From IMG/VR virus record IMGVR_UViG_3300027498_000003, positions 1 through 60,636 of that record: a stretch of 60,636 nucleotides of DNA. One strand, 5' to 3'. The DNA is from a virus. This document shows positions 50,772 to 60,636 of the stretch, piece by piece (positions within the stretch are counted from its first letter, which is position 1; every line of letters begins with the position of its first letter). A program made the position numbers and the translations under genes. The notes under the pieces are model-generated. The model was not told where the DNA came from, searched no databases, and saw nothing but the letters and a program-made list of their open reading frames with translations.

Positions 50772-53183
50772 ATGGATTATAAACTAAGACCACACCAGCA
50801 AGTAGCTGTTGATGCTGCTGTAGAATACTTTCATTCTAAGAGGACTGATAAGGTTGTATTAGTAGAGCCCACAGGCTGTCATGCTCCTGGCTATGAGGTG
50901 CTTATGTACGATGGGTCTCTGCGTAAAGTAGAGGACGTACAGGTAGGGGACCTATTAATGGGCCCCGACAGTCAGCCACGGGAAGTACTCAAGCTGCACT
51001 CTGGAGAATCCGAAATGCACAGAATAACGCTAAGAAACAAACAGTATCTTGATGTTAATACTGACCACATACTATGGTTAGACCGTACTCAGTGTGAAAA
51101 GTCTAAAGAACATTTATATCCAGAAAAACTGGCTATATCTGTGAGAGACTACTTACTTTTAGCTAAATCAAGAAAGCATTTATACAAATTCAAAAAAGCG
51201 GGCATTATACAATACGAAGGTAAAAACGAGATCCTACCTATAGACCCGTACTTTCTTGGGCTATGGTTAGGGGATGGATCAGCTGCCAATACAGTAATAA
51301 CTACACCAGATAATGTTATAGAAAAATGGTTGTATAGCCATGCAGAAGATATTGGTCTTAAAACCAATTCAAGATGGGTAAACGCTAAAAATTGCTGGAC
51401 AGTAAGCACTGTAAGGAGGACCGGCAGAGATATAAATCATCTTCAAAAAAATTTAATAAGACTAAATTTACGCAACAACAAGCACATCCCTTTTAAGTAT
51501 CTAACTACTTCTGAAGAATATAGATGGAAGTTATTGTCGGGCATAATAGACTCTGATGGAAGTCTGTCTAAAGGTAGATATGAGGTTACATTTAAGCAAG
51601 AGGAAATGGCTCATCAACTATTTCAGTTGGTGAATAGTTTAGGACTATTCGGAGCAATAAATATTAAATACAATAGATGTAATAATTGCAAAGATAAAAG
51701 ACTTAGAAAGTACTATAGAGTTAGTTTCCGAGGCGGGGAGGGTATAAAGTGCTTAGTTCCTAATAAAAAATGGAATAGCTACAAATACACGACTAATGGT
51801 AGTAGGTATGGGTTCACTGTAGAGAGTATAGGTAGAGGTAAATACTATGGATTTGAATTGGATGGAGATCATCTTTTCTTGGACTCTATGCACAACATTA
51901 TTCATAACTCTGGCAAGAGCATTATCGCGGCGAAGATAGCCGAATTATGTAAAGTCAAGACTATAATATCAGCTCCAAGAAAAGAGTTAGTAAAGCAGAA
52001 TTTGGAGAAATTTGAAAGCTTTGGATATACTGCAGGTGTTTACTGCGCATCATTGAATAGGAAAGAGCTCGATAAAGATGTCGTATTTGCTACTCCTCAA
52101 TCACTTAAAGCTATAGCCCCTGACTTAGTTGGTAAAGGATTTAAGATGCTTATAATGGACGAGTGTGGAAGAGGTAGTAAGAAGAAGTCTATGGTAGATA
52201 ATATCATAAAGGCTGCTAAGATTAAGAAAGTAATAGGGCTCACTGCCACGCCGCTTGAGACTCGGTATATATGGAATCAGGCTTGTTTGAGCATGATCAC
52301 TCGGTCGCGGGAGAATATATTTAATAAGATTCTTAATGTTACGCAGATTCAGTATCTGGTAAAGATGGGTTGGTGGGCTCCTATTATATATGATAGTAGG
52401 GAAGTTGACTATACGGCGCTTGAGGCGGTGTCTGGGAAGGCTGTACAGGGAGATTATAGTGAGGATCAACTGAATGAGTATTTCGCGCAGAATCGTCTCT
52501 CAGAGCGGATCCTACAGGCTATAGATGATAATCCTGATAGAAAGAGTATAGCTATATTCGTACCTTCTATATCTTATGGCCAGGAATTGGCTGATATTAT
52601 CCCGAATTCTGCCATGATTTACTCTGGTATGAAGATGAAGGATAGGGACTTTATTATAGAATCCTATAAGACCGGGGTCCTTAGAACTATAGTTAATGTT
52701 GATATATTAGGTATGGGGTTTGATCACCGGCCAATGGATCTTGGGATCATGGCCAGGCCGAGTAGATCTCTTACAGTATACTATCAGCAGGCAGGGAGAT
52801 TAGTAAGGCCTTATCACGGGGCGAATGATTGGGATCCCATTCCAGAGTTCCCTGATCCTAAGCTTAATGCTAAGATAATCGATTTCTCAGGTAATGTAGA
52901 GAATTTCGGGGCTTTAGAAGATCTTAAGTTTGTCCATACCCAAAAAGGACATTGGGATCTATTTTCTAAGAACATACTAATGACTAATGCCCAGACTATT
53001 GGAATGCCTGGGGGTAAGGGTAAATGCATGTTTGGTAAGCTTCACTATGGTAAGCCTATGGATCAAGTGCCTACGGGGTATTTGTTGTGGATGTATAAGA
53101 ATGTTATACCTAAGGATGAGAATGATATGGCTACTTATGTCGCGGCGGTTGCTATTTTGAAAGAGAAGAAAATAATTAAATAA
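50772..53183 (+). CDS. SF2 (RadD/UvsW-like) helicase, intein-containing
   Basis: LRPHQ, spliced Walker A PTGSGKS, MDECG, GLTATP, GMGFD, YYQQAGRLVR; C-terminal FGK..G....VP..YL.W domain. Confidence 0.9.
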   Translation: MDYKLRPHQQVAVDAAVEYFHSKRTDKVVLVEPTGCHAPGYEVLMYDGSLRKVEDVQVGDLLMGPDSQPREVLKLHSGESEMHRITLRNKQYLDVNTDHILWLDRTQCEKSKEHLYPEKLAISVRDYLLLAKSRKHLYKFKKAGIIQYEGKNEILPIDPYFLGLWLGDGSAANTVITTPDNVIEKWLYSHAEDIGLKTNSRWVNAKNCWTVSTVRRTGRDINHLQKNLIRLNLRNNKHIPFKYLTTSEEYRWKLLSGIIDSDGSLSKGRYEVTFKQEEMAHQLFQLVNSLGLFGAINIKYNRCNNCKDKRLRKYYRVSFRGGEGIKCLVPNKKWNSYKYTTNGSRYGFTVESIGRGKYYGFELDGDHLFLDSMHNIIHNSGKSIIAAKIAELCKVKTIISAPRKELVKQNLEKFESFGYTAGVYCASLNRKELDKDVVFATPQSLKAIAPDLVGKGFKMLIMDECGRGSKKKSMVDNIIKAAKIKKVIGLTATPLETRYIWNQACLSMITRSRENIFNKILNVTQIQYLVKMGWWAPIIYDSREVDYTALEAVSGKAVQGDYSEDQLNEYFAQNRLSERILQAIDDNPDRKSIAIFVPSISYGQELADIIPNSAMIYSGMKMKDRDFIIESYKTGVLRTIVNVDILGMGFDHRPMDLGIMARPSRSLTVYYQQAGRLVRPYHGANDWDPIPEFPDPKLNAKIIDFSGNVENFGALEDLKFVHTQKGHWDLFSKNILMTNAQTIGMPGGKGKCMFGKLHYGKPMDQVPTGYLLWMYKNVIPKDENDMATYVAAVAILKEKKIIK
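50877..51908 (+). mobile_element. Intein with LAGLIDADG homing endonuclease in the helicase P-loop (344 aa)
   Basis: PTG|CHAPG..NTDH..LGLWLGDGS..LSGIIDSDGS..YYGFELDGDHLF..IIHN|SGKS. Confidence 0.93.
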
Positions 53184-53257
53184 CAAGGGAGTTGTTTTAT
53201 AAGAAAAATAACGATGATTAATAATATTTTTTTAACGTTTTACTAAAATTACTATTT

Positions 53258-53464
53258 ATGAAAAACACAAGTGAATTAAGGACAGAGATGATCGAAGTCT
53301 TTAAAGACTTAAAAAACAGAAAAATTGATACCAAGTCTGCTAAAACAATGGTGATGGTGTCAAACTGTATTCTTAAAAGCGCATCCATTGAAGCAGACTA
53401 CAATAAGTTCTTAGGAAAAAAGAATGAAATCGATTTCTTACAAACTGGTGGAAAAAAAGCGTAA
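53258..53464 (+). CDS. Small helical phage protein
   Basis: ELR..M...F.DL..SAK....V.N.ILKSA..E pattern; abuts the next ORF. Confidence 0.6.
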   Translation: MKNTSELRTEMIEVFKDLKNRKIDTKSAKTMVMVSNCILKSASIEADYNKFLGKKNEIDFLQTGGKKA

Positions 53465-54270
53465 TGAACGGTAGAAGATGGACGGATAATGAGTTGCTCC
53501 TGTTGGCAGAGCATTTCCCTAAAGGAGACCTATCTATCTTATCAAGTAGGATTGGTAGGTCCCTATCTTCTATTCATGCTAAAGCGCTAAGAATAGGGAT
53601 AAAAAGGGTTACAAAAGGTAATAATTGTCCAGATAAAAAATGTATAAAATGCAAAAAAATAAAGCCAAGGACTGCTGAATATTTTTACACTAAAATAGTT
53701 AAGACCAAAATAAAAAACGGATCTATAAAAAAATATAAGTGCTATAGGTCCATGTGTAAAGAGTGCCATTCCAAAGAGACTGTCAATAGAAAAAGAAGAA
53801 AAAGATCAAAAGAACTTGGAATAGAATTTGACCAATATATTCATCTATGTAAATGGTATAAAAAACACGGGATTAAAAGGGTTAGAATGCGTCAGCTATA
53901 CGAAAGTAGCCCAGGGCTGTTAGATAGTAGAATAACAAAAAAAGAACGAAGAACAATCAGAAGATGGATACGAAAGGGGTATAAATTCACTGATTATGAC
54001 GCCTTTAAATTAGATCAATTGGAAGTAAAGAAGGAAAGATCGGTTAAGAAAAGGAAATACCACGATCTCCCATCTAATTATGATTTTTATAGCCAAGTAC
54101 CTAAAAAAGAATTAAATAAGATAAAATTCGAAAGGAGAAAAAATAACCCTACCAAAGGTACAGTTGCTAATTGGTTAGGCTTAAAATCAAATGAAATATC
54201 AGATGAAGTTTATAAAACGAAAGTTCTGCTATGGCATATCACAAATTTTATAAAAACAGAAGATAGCTAA
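53464..54270 (+). CDS. Basic DNA-binding protein (Myb/SANT-like N-terminus plus Zn finger)
   Basis: RRWTDNE..LL..FP, GRS.SSI..KA..IG.KR; CIKC..CKEC; Lys/Arg rich. Confidence 0.55.
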   Translation: MNGRRWTDNELLLLAEHFPKGDLSILSSRIGRSLSSIHAKALRIGIKRVTKGNNCPDKKCIKCKKIKPRTAEYFYTKIVKTKIKNGSIKKYKCYRSMCKECHSKETVNRKRRKRSKELGIEFDQYIHLCKWYKKHGIKRVRMRQLYESSPGLLDSRITKKERRTIRRWIRKGYKFTDYDAFKLDQLEVKKERSVKKRKYHDLPSNYDFYSQVPKKELNKIKFERRKNNPTKGTVANWLGLKSNEISDEVYKTKVLLWHITNFIKTEDS

Positions 54271-54281
54271 GAATTACATAT

Positions 54282-54704
54282 TCATTCAGAAGAATCTTTC
54301 TTGTAGTTCTTAGATATCTTTACTAAAGATTCATAGTATCTAGTAGCTAAATGTTCTGTTATTTTGAATAGTGTGTTTTGTCCGAAGGTTGAATTAGCGT
54401 CTACTCCTGATTGATCGGCGATCATGCTGGCTAAATAGTATAGTTTGGATGTTATCTCCGCGCCGCGCTTAGGAGTAAACACAGGTTTAGGGAACCAAGA
54501 TCTGAATATAAATTCATTATAGCCAATCTGGTTAGTGCTGCAGCCATCCCTATCTTCTTGTTCCATGTCTTTCAACTGCCCATGGATAGACGCGCAGTCC
54601 GCTAATATCATCTTCTCGGTGCACAACTTAAACTCATTGTCTGTTTGGCTTATAGACATATACACTCTACACGGCAGAACCGATAACTCCAACACTATAA
54701 ACAT
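54282..54704 (-). CDS. Hypothetical protein
   Basis: Follows the giant ORF on the same strand. Confidence 0.55.
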   Translation of the reverse strand: MFIVLELSVLPCRVYMSISQTDNEFKLCTEKMILADCASIHGQLKDMEQEDRDGCSTNQIGYNEFIFRSWFPKPVFTPKRGAEITSKLYYLASMIADQSGVDANSTFGQNTLFKITEHLATRYYESLVKISKNYKKDSSE

Positions 54705-54711
54705 ATCTTAT

Positions 54712-57700
54712 TTATTTTTTAGGTATAGGTAAATCTAAACGTTCGAAATGAGATTTAATAACTAACGTAGGTATTTTATCTTTTTTACCTGTAATATAGT
54801 CTTTTTCTTTTCTACTGAATTTATTTTTATCAAAAGAAAAGTCATTAAGTTGGTTTTTAAGATCTATATCTAAGTGATTTTTTGTGTCTTTATACATGTC
54901 TCTTAGTTGGTTAAGAGCCTTATTATATCTTCTGACTGACCTATCATAGGCTTTAGTTCTTTCACTGTCAGTAGATCCAGGATCTGTTCTACTAAAATAT
55001 AAGTCTTTTGATTCATTGATATTCTTCATCTCATCTATGAACCTAAATCTAGACCCTCTCTCTGGGTCCAGTATAGAGAAACGTAGTCCTGTAAATGCTA
55101 TATTCTCATTTCTTATCTGCCTCTCTAATAAACGTATTTGTTTCTCTAATTTTTTATCAGTCTTACCCGCTTTAGTTTTCTTCTCAAGTTTTCTTTTTGC
55201 ATCTTCCAATCTATCATGGACCTTGCCCTTCTTACCGAGCATTCTTACAACCCCCGGAGTAGGTCCTTTGTTAGCTAAAAAAGTAGCTATGTCTGCCGTC
55301 TTGCCTATTGCATCCCTTACGCTGTTTATATCTTCTGAATATATCTTATTTCCAAAAGCATCTGAATTACTAAATACTTGGAGTAGGGCTTCCACGGCGG
55401 GCTCTGTGGATGTGAAAGGTTCTGCAAGTACTCTAAGAGCTTTAGCCATTCCCTCACGCTTCAAGGCTGACTCGAAGTCTCCTAAAAACCCTATAGGGTT
55501 TATAGTGCTCGGGTTAGTGTACTCATAAAATCCATCCTTCTTCTCGACTATGGCATCATTGACCCACGGTGGCATGTAATATTTCATTAACGTCTCGTAC
55601 TCTTCGTCCTCAGTGTCCGAAAACATCTCCCCTGCAAATAACGTAACAAGGAACATAGCACCTGTGCCTAAGGATCGATTTATACCTATCTGCTTTAGTT
55701 TGGGGTTGCCCGATTTTATTTCTAATATAGATAAATCAACTCTACCTATAGTAGTTCTAATTACTTCTCCCGCAAAAGAGGCAAACGGAGCTATAACAGC
55801 TAAGTTTTTAAGTCTTTTTACAAATTTATAAGTCTCATTATAATTAGGTAAAGTGTCCCTTACGATCTTAGCAGACCTCTGATCTACTGTAACCCGCTCT
55901 GCATCTGCTAAGTCTTCATATTTCTTATCGTAAAGAGCTTCCGCTTGCTGCTTTGTTTCAAAACTAAAAGCTACCATCTTGAACATATCATCACTGGCTC
56001 TATATGCGAATTTCCAAGCATCAAATGCCCATTTCTTCGTGAACTGCCCGGCAACGTTCTTATTAAGATTCTCCTCTAATCCTTTTCCTATTCTCTTTAG
56101 AATTTTAGAATCATCGAAAAGAGAATTTAATTCCCCCACATCTACGTTAGTTCCCAATAGGCCTAAGCCTACCATCTTATCTATAAGATCAGCTCTCTTC
56201 TTGTTTCTGGTAATGTTGTCCCCTGCAAATTCCTTTAATCTGGTAACCGTCTCTATTCCTAATTCTTTGAATACTTGGGCACCAAACTTATTAGAGGGCC
56301 TGAAATAACCGTTCATCATCATGAAAGGTATGTTGCCAAACAGATTACGGTTTTGAGTAGTAGGAGAATATACTGTTAAACCCATCTTAGTCATAGCATT
56401 CAGGGCTTTGAGAAGTCCAATGCCCGCAGAATAATCGGTCATGAATGAGCTTATTTCCCCTTGCATTTCGGGAGTTACCCATATATTATTGATACCCCTA
56501 TCTCTAAATATCTGAAGGCGAGAATCCTTAGTAGATATTCGCTTTGTGTGTCTTTTTGATTCATTTCTATCTAAAGAGAAGTACTTATCATTATCTAATA
56601 AAGCCATCTGGAAATGATTTCCAGTTATATTACTTTGCATCTTAGCAATAGTAGCTAAGAATAAAGTGTCGGGATCTCTTATTTCCCCTAATAGTTTTCT
56701 TATTGAAGCAGGGACATCTTTCTTTTGTCTCAATATTGATATATCCGCAGCTCCCTTCTTATTGCCCTCTATGGTAGGATCAAAGTTAGGGTTAGACATG
56801 TTCTCTAATTCCCCTAATACATGTTCATCTAAAGCTGTCCTGTCATTTATCAGATTTTGTAATCTGCTTTGTAGTATCTCCTGAGCTCTTATTCTCTTCT
56901 CTACAGCTTGCCTTGCAGCTCTTTCGGCCGCGTTAGAATTAGGAAGATTAGCTAAGCTTGTCCTTAGCCCATCTAAGCGTTTTTCATTACTCTTAAATCT
57001 GCTTCTGTAGAGGCGTTCGTATGCGTCTAAACCTTCGCTCCATATATCAGGCATACCTTTAACCTTCTCGGCCCACGCTGGATTTCTGTGTGCTTCATAT
57101 ATACGTGTAGTATATTTACCTAAGTTATTTTGTATCACCTCAACTTGTACGTCATTAACTGCTCCTGGTATCCTCGATATCTCTCTACTCAAGGCATCTA
57201 TCGTCTGCCTCATATCTAAAATGATCTCAGATATACTATCTAATTTATCCTTAGATAGTATTGAATTATCGACTTCAATTCCATTCAATTCGTTAGTAAC
57301 CTGCTCTTTCTGATCTTTAGTCCATTTTTTAGTAGCTGAATTTAACCTTATTCTTATACGATCCCCTTTACTTAGGAGAGCGTTCATTTGGTTTGTCTTA
57401 TCTGTCATGGCTTCATAAACTTCGGGAGACCTTCTAAGTCCTCCACGCTTATTAAGCTCATCAAGAAGCCGGGCACCTCCGTCTTTTAGGAAATCCTTCA
57501 ATCTAGCCATAGACGTACTTAGCCCCTTCTTAAATAGATCTGGAGTTAACCCAAATCCAGAATTAGAACTAATACCTGGGTTTTTGTTAAAATCTGTCTC
57601 TAAGTTTGATTGCTCGGGCACTGCTTGCTCCTGCACCCCATCCGATGTTTCTTGCACACTGGGCACTGCGGCACTATCTGCATCTGCTGGTGTGCTTCCT

Positions 57701-60585
57701 TCTCTATCTGGTTGGTTGTTTTGTTGTGGGTTAGTTTCTGTTCCATCTGTTGTATTATCTTGGTCCCGTCCTTGAGGAGGGTTACTTGTCTCGGTGCTTG
57801 TAGTATTGTCATTTATATTTCCTCTATTTGCTAATATTGGTGTTGCTTTGCTTTTCACTATTTCAATCACTTCTTGTAGCTCCGAGGTTTCTATAGGCCC
57901 TAATGCCTCCTCTTTGGCTCGTATGGCTATGTCTAAAGCGGTATCTTGGTCATTTATAGTAAACTCATTGCCGTTCCTGTTATCCACCAAAGTAGCAGCT
58001 ACAACAGCTCCATTATCGTCTTTTGTAGTGTCTCTGAAACTTAAAAAGTTAATGTCAATAATGTCTTGAGGGCCTTGTTGGGTTCTAGTTTCTGCTACAT
58101 TTTGTTCAGCCTGTTCTTGCTTTGTTTTAGATATAGGGGAAGATGAAGGTTCCCCATTAATCTTAACTCTTCTCCAACCCTCCCCAACTTTAACTACGTC
58201 TATTTTTTGCCCTTTGTTATTAGTCACAAAAGATGTACCGGGCCTATCGACTATCGTTGGTGTGAATGTCAACTCTGAAGACTGACCTGGGCCTAACCTA
58301 CCTTGCTGTGTATTTCCCTCGGAATTTGTGAATGTTACTGAAATATCTGATAGGTTACCTAATCTTTCGGGAGTAATTAAGGTTTCACTTCCTTCTTTTC
58401 TTTTCGGCTTTCCAATAATTCTAAAACCTCTAGGCGCTCTCGTTTCGACAATTTCGCTAGGATCGTTAACTGTTGCAAGTTCATAATTTTCTAATTTTAT
58501 AATTGAATTTTCTATATTAGATTTTATAACATTCTTTAGCCCATCACTTAGCGTGTCGTCAGCATCAATTTTATCATATAATTCGTATAATTTATCTGCA
58601 TTAGAATCTAACTCAAATTCAGATATAAAATCTGCATTATTTATTTTGGAATTAACTTCCCCTACTGTATTGTCTATATCTAAATCAGAAAACTGCTGTC
58701 CTAATTCATTTATATTAACTAAAGCCTGAGTGACGGCTTGCTGCTGCTCTGGTAGGCTATCGTTAAAGTTCTCTATAGGGATACCACGGGCTTGTAGTAC
58801 CTCGGCTTTCTTAGCAGCTGAGTTTTCTGCTCCTACTGTGGTTACTTTATTTTCTGGTAATCCTATTATGTCTGATATGAAGGATTTCTGATCATCGTCG
58901 CGGGCCGTTAGTATCTCTATATCTTCTCCATTTCTTATCCTATTTGACACATCTTCTCCTAAAGGAGTTAGGTTACCTGTCTTAGTATCGAATAGTGTAT
59001 CATCGAAATCATATACGGTCGGTAAATTTTGCTTTATTTCCCCGTCCCCGTCCTGCTGATCACTCTGCTCAGTTTTCGTAGGAACTTCTGCCACTGGTGC
59101 TTTCTTCTGTACTGTCGCATCTTTTTCTTGCTCGGCATTAGGAAGCACGGTATCTGTCGGAGAGATCTCTTCATTTATTATATCATTTAATTCCTCAGTT
59201 AATTGTTTCTTCTTTATTTTACCTGTAGGAGAATTATCATCTTTAAGTTCATCCAACTTTGACTCAATCTCCGCTACTTTAGGTACGCTTTCTGCTTTTA
59301 CATTTGGCAATTTTTCTTTAATCTCTGCCTGCTTAAACTTCGCAGCAAACTCTTTTTCTAAAGTAGGATCGTTGCTTATCTCTACATTAGCAGCTTTAAC
59401 TTGTTCTGGAGTCGCTGTCTTTATGAAGTTCTCTAATTCGTTTTTACCTACTCTGTTCCCGTTTAGTTTATAAGGAGGCCCTTTCGATGCCGCTACGCTT
59501 GTAGTTACAATAGCAGGGCCTACGCCGCCTATACCCTCTAATAAAGTCTCTGTTATGTCAAAAGGTTGGCCGGCTACTCGTCTAGCTGCTGCTTCACCTG
59601 CACCGTCCCCTACAGCTCCTACAGCCGCTGCCTTAGCCCCTGCTACGCCTGCCCTACCCGTGTTCTTTATAGTGTTAGCAGCTACTGTGCCTCCTATCCT
59701 GGCAGTTAATCCATTTATTACACCTATAGTTAACCCCGCTCCTATGGCTCTATTTCTTAAAGAATTAAACTTATCAGAATCCTCAAGTATATCTTTTACG
59801 TTTTCTGCATTGAATTCTTTTTCATTATCCTTAAGCTCTTCTTGAAGTATTTCTGAAAATCTTAATGAAGATTCCAACACAGTAGATGCTGCGGTGAATG
59901 CCCCCGTAGCCGCTCCCCCAAGGCCTCCTATGGCTGTTCCTACTGGGCCTAAGCTTGATCCAACTAAAGCAGAAGTACCTGCTGTGGCCGCTCCTCCTGT
60001 AGCTCCTGCCTTTAGCGTAGTACTGTTCCCCAATAAAGCAGCTGTAGAGCTTGCTAAAACCTCGGGAACTATGGTAAACGAGTTAAGTGCAAACGTTTTC
60101 CAACCTTCAAGAGTGCCAAATCCCCCTGCTTCTATGAAAGAATTAAACTCATCTGAATTGCCCTGCTCTGCTAAGAGGTTATTAGCTTCTACAAATTTAG
60201 CTATCTCTTCGTCTGTTGTGTCTTTTCCAGAAGTTAGTAAGCTCAAAGATTCCCCTACAGAATCTCCTTGCAGATTTCCTTTAGATACAGCTCGGGCCAT
60301 ATCATCTATGAAATCCCCTACAATAGGTACTTTATTTATTATGTTACCTACTGTTCCTGTAAGAAATTGATTCTCTCCAGTCTGCTCTTCTGTAGGTTCT
60401 GTTTGATCAGGATCTGAGCTCCCTATCATTTTATTAAAATCCTCTATAGACCCTTTATCAGAATAGTGCTGACCATAGATACCTTCAATAACACCAGGCT
60501 GAGCTGCTGCTTTTTTGAAATCCTCAAACGACCCTTTATCTGAGTAATGTTGATTATATATCCCTAAAAGGATTTCTTCATTCAT
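54712..60585 (-). CDS. Giant (1957 aa) multidomain protein, probable virion internal/ejection (polyvalent) protein
   Basis: Duplicated N-terminal IYxQHYSDKGSxEDF, Gly/Ala-rich helices, low-complexity linkers, embedded HAD-like domain, helical C-terminal region. Confidence 0.6.
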   Translation of the reverse strand: MNEEILLGIYNQHYSDKGSFEDFKKAAAQPGVIEGIYGQHYSDKGSIEDFNKMIGSSDPDQTEPTEEQTGENQFLTGTVGNIINKVPIVGDFIDDMARAVSKGNLQGDSVGESLSLLTSGKDTTDEEIAKFVEANNLLAEQGNSDEFNSFIEAGGFGTLEGWKTFALNSFTIVPEVLASSTAALLGNSTTLKAGATGGAATAGTSALVGSSLGPVGTAIGGLGGAATGAFTAASTVLESSLRFSEILQEELKDNEKEFNAENVKDILEDSDKFNSLRNRAIGAGLTIGVINGLTARIGGTVAANTIKNTGRAGVAGAKAAAVGAVGDGAGEAAARRVAGQPFDITETLLEGIGGVGPAIVTTSVAASKGPPYKLNGNRVGKNELENFIKTATPEQVKAANVEISNDPTLEKEFAAKFKQAEIKEKLPNVKAESVPKVAEIESKLDELKDDNSPTGKIKKKQLTEELNDIINEEISPTDTVLPNAEQEKDATVQKKAPVAEVPTKTEQSDQQDGDGEIKQNLPTVYDFDDTLFDTKTGNLTPLGEDVSNRIRNGEDIEILTARDDDQKSFISDIIGLPENKVTTVGAENSAAKKAEVLQARGIPIENFNDSLPEQQQAVTQALVNINELGQQFSDLDIDNTVGEVNSKINNADFISEFELDSNADKLYELYDKIDADDTLSDGLKNVIKSNIENSIIKLENYELATVNDPSEIVETRAPRGFRIIGKPKRKEGSETLITPERLGNLSDISVTFTNSEGNTQQGRLGPGQSSELTFTPTIVDRPGTSFVTNNKGQKIDVVKVGEGWRRVKINGEPSSSPISKTKQEQAEQNVAETRTQQGPQDIIDINFLSFRDTTKDDNGAVVAATLVDNRNGNEFTINDQDTALDIAIRAKEEALGPIETSELQEVIEIVKSKATPILANRGNINDNTTSTETSNPPQGRDQDNTTDGTETNPQQNNQPDREGSTPADADSAAVPSVQETSDGVQEQAVPEQSNLETDFNKNPGISSNSGFGLTPDLFKKGLSTSMARLKDFLKDGGARLLDELNKRGGLRRSPEVYEAMTDKTNQMNALLSKGDRIRIRLNSATKKWTKDQKEQVTNELNGIEVDNSILSKDKLDSISEIILDMRQTIDALSREISRIPGAVNDVQVEVIQNNLGKYTTRIYEAHRNPAWAEKVKGMPDIWSEGLDAYERLYRSRFKSNEKRLDGLRTSLANLPNSNAAERAARQAVEKRIRAQEILQSRLQNLINDRTALDEHVLGELENMSNPNFDPTIEGNKKGAADISILRQKKDVPASIRKLLGEIRDPDTLFLATIAKMQSNITGNHFQMALLDNDKYFSLDRNESKRHTKRISTKDSRLQIFRDRGINNIWVTPEMQGEISSFMTDYSAGIGLLKALNAMTKMGLTVYSPTTQNRNLFGNIPFMMMNGYFRPSNKFGAQVFKELGIETVTRLKEFAGDNITRNKKRADLIDKMVGLGLLGTNVDVGELNSLFDDSKILKRIGKGLEENLNKNVAGQFTKKWAFDAWKFAYRASDDMFKMVAFSFETKQQAEALYDKKYEDLADAERVTVDQRSAKIVRDTLPNYNETYKFVKRLKNLAVIAPFASFAGEVIRTTIGRVDLSILEIKSGNPKLKQIGINRSLGTGAMFLVTLFAGEMFSDTEDEEYETLMKYYMPPWVNDAIVEKKDGFYEYTNPSTINPIGFLGDFESALKREGMAKALRVLAEPFTSTEPAVEALLQVFSNSDAFGNKIYSEDINSVRDAIGKTADIATFLANKGPTPGVVRMLGKKGKVHDRLEDAKRKLEKKTKAGKTDKKLEKQIRLLERQIRNENIAFTGLRFSILDPERGSRFRFIDEMKNINESKDLYFSRTDPGSTDSERTKAYDRSVRRYNKALNQLRDMYKDTKNHLDIDLKNQLNDFSFDKNKFSRKEKDYITGKKDKIPTLVIKSHFERLDLPIPKK

Positions 60586-60636
60586 TTATTATATATCATA
60601 TCCGATTAGTGTAGAAGATACTTCATCTACAGAGCC

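Noticed and set aside
40356-53183. Stop-codon reassignment as in some crAss-like phages
   Set aside because: Long genes are intact under the standard code and TAG/TGA serve as normal stops.
55016-60370. Plus-strand ORFs antisense to the 1957-aa gene, and similar shadow ORFs elsewhere
   Set aside because: Antisense shadows of long real genes with Ser/Leu/Phe-rich composition and no motifs.
54712-60585. Virion RNA polymerase call for the giant protein
   Set aside because: No DxDxD polymerase catalytic motif in a suitable context; DFDD here fits HAD motif I.
1-60636. Integrase, reverse transcriptase (DGR/retron), tRNA or rRNA genes
   Set aside because: No tyrosine-recombinase catalytic pattern, YxDD RT motif in a plausible context, or cloverleaf was recognised by eye. 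The array's recombinase must be outside the window, host-encoded, or unrecognised.

Overview
About 60 kb from an AT-rich dsDNA bacteriophage that most likely infects a Bacteroidota host. Support for the host: AT-rich ribosome-binding regions without Shine-Dalgarno motifs, TAnnTTTG promoter boxes, signal peptides cleaved before Gln, and a host-like ArsR. Layout: (i) 0.2-32 kb, + strand, many small early/accessory genes plus DUF932, a Thg1-like guanylyltransferase, a primase, secreted metallopeptidases and ArsR; (ii) 32.6-39.9 kb, - strand, a PAP2/vanadium-haloperoxidase-like gene and a cluster of very Cys-rich modular proteins; (iii) 40-54 kb, + strand, replication/recombination module (family A polymerase with intein, RecA-fold ATPase, NinG-like, RecA/UvsX, SF2 helicase with LAGLIDADG intein); (iv) a 1957-aa minus-strand protein, probably virion-ejected. 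The standout is 13.8-22.7 kb, an array of about 23 integron-cassette-like units. Each begins at a TAA^TG junction and carries an imperfect hairpin resembling an attC site, but with an AAT/ATT core instead of AAC/GTT, oriented opposite to the genes, and often with the whole gene or its 5' half inside the hairpin loop. Each unit's last bases are complementary to its own ATT box rather than to the neighbouring unit's, which is the pattern left by site-specific insertion of circular cassettes. No integrase is visible in the window. Protein calls come from motif recognition only; no database searches were run.
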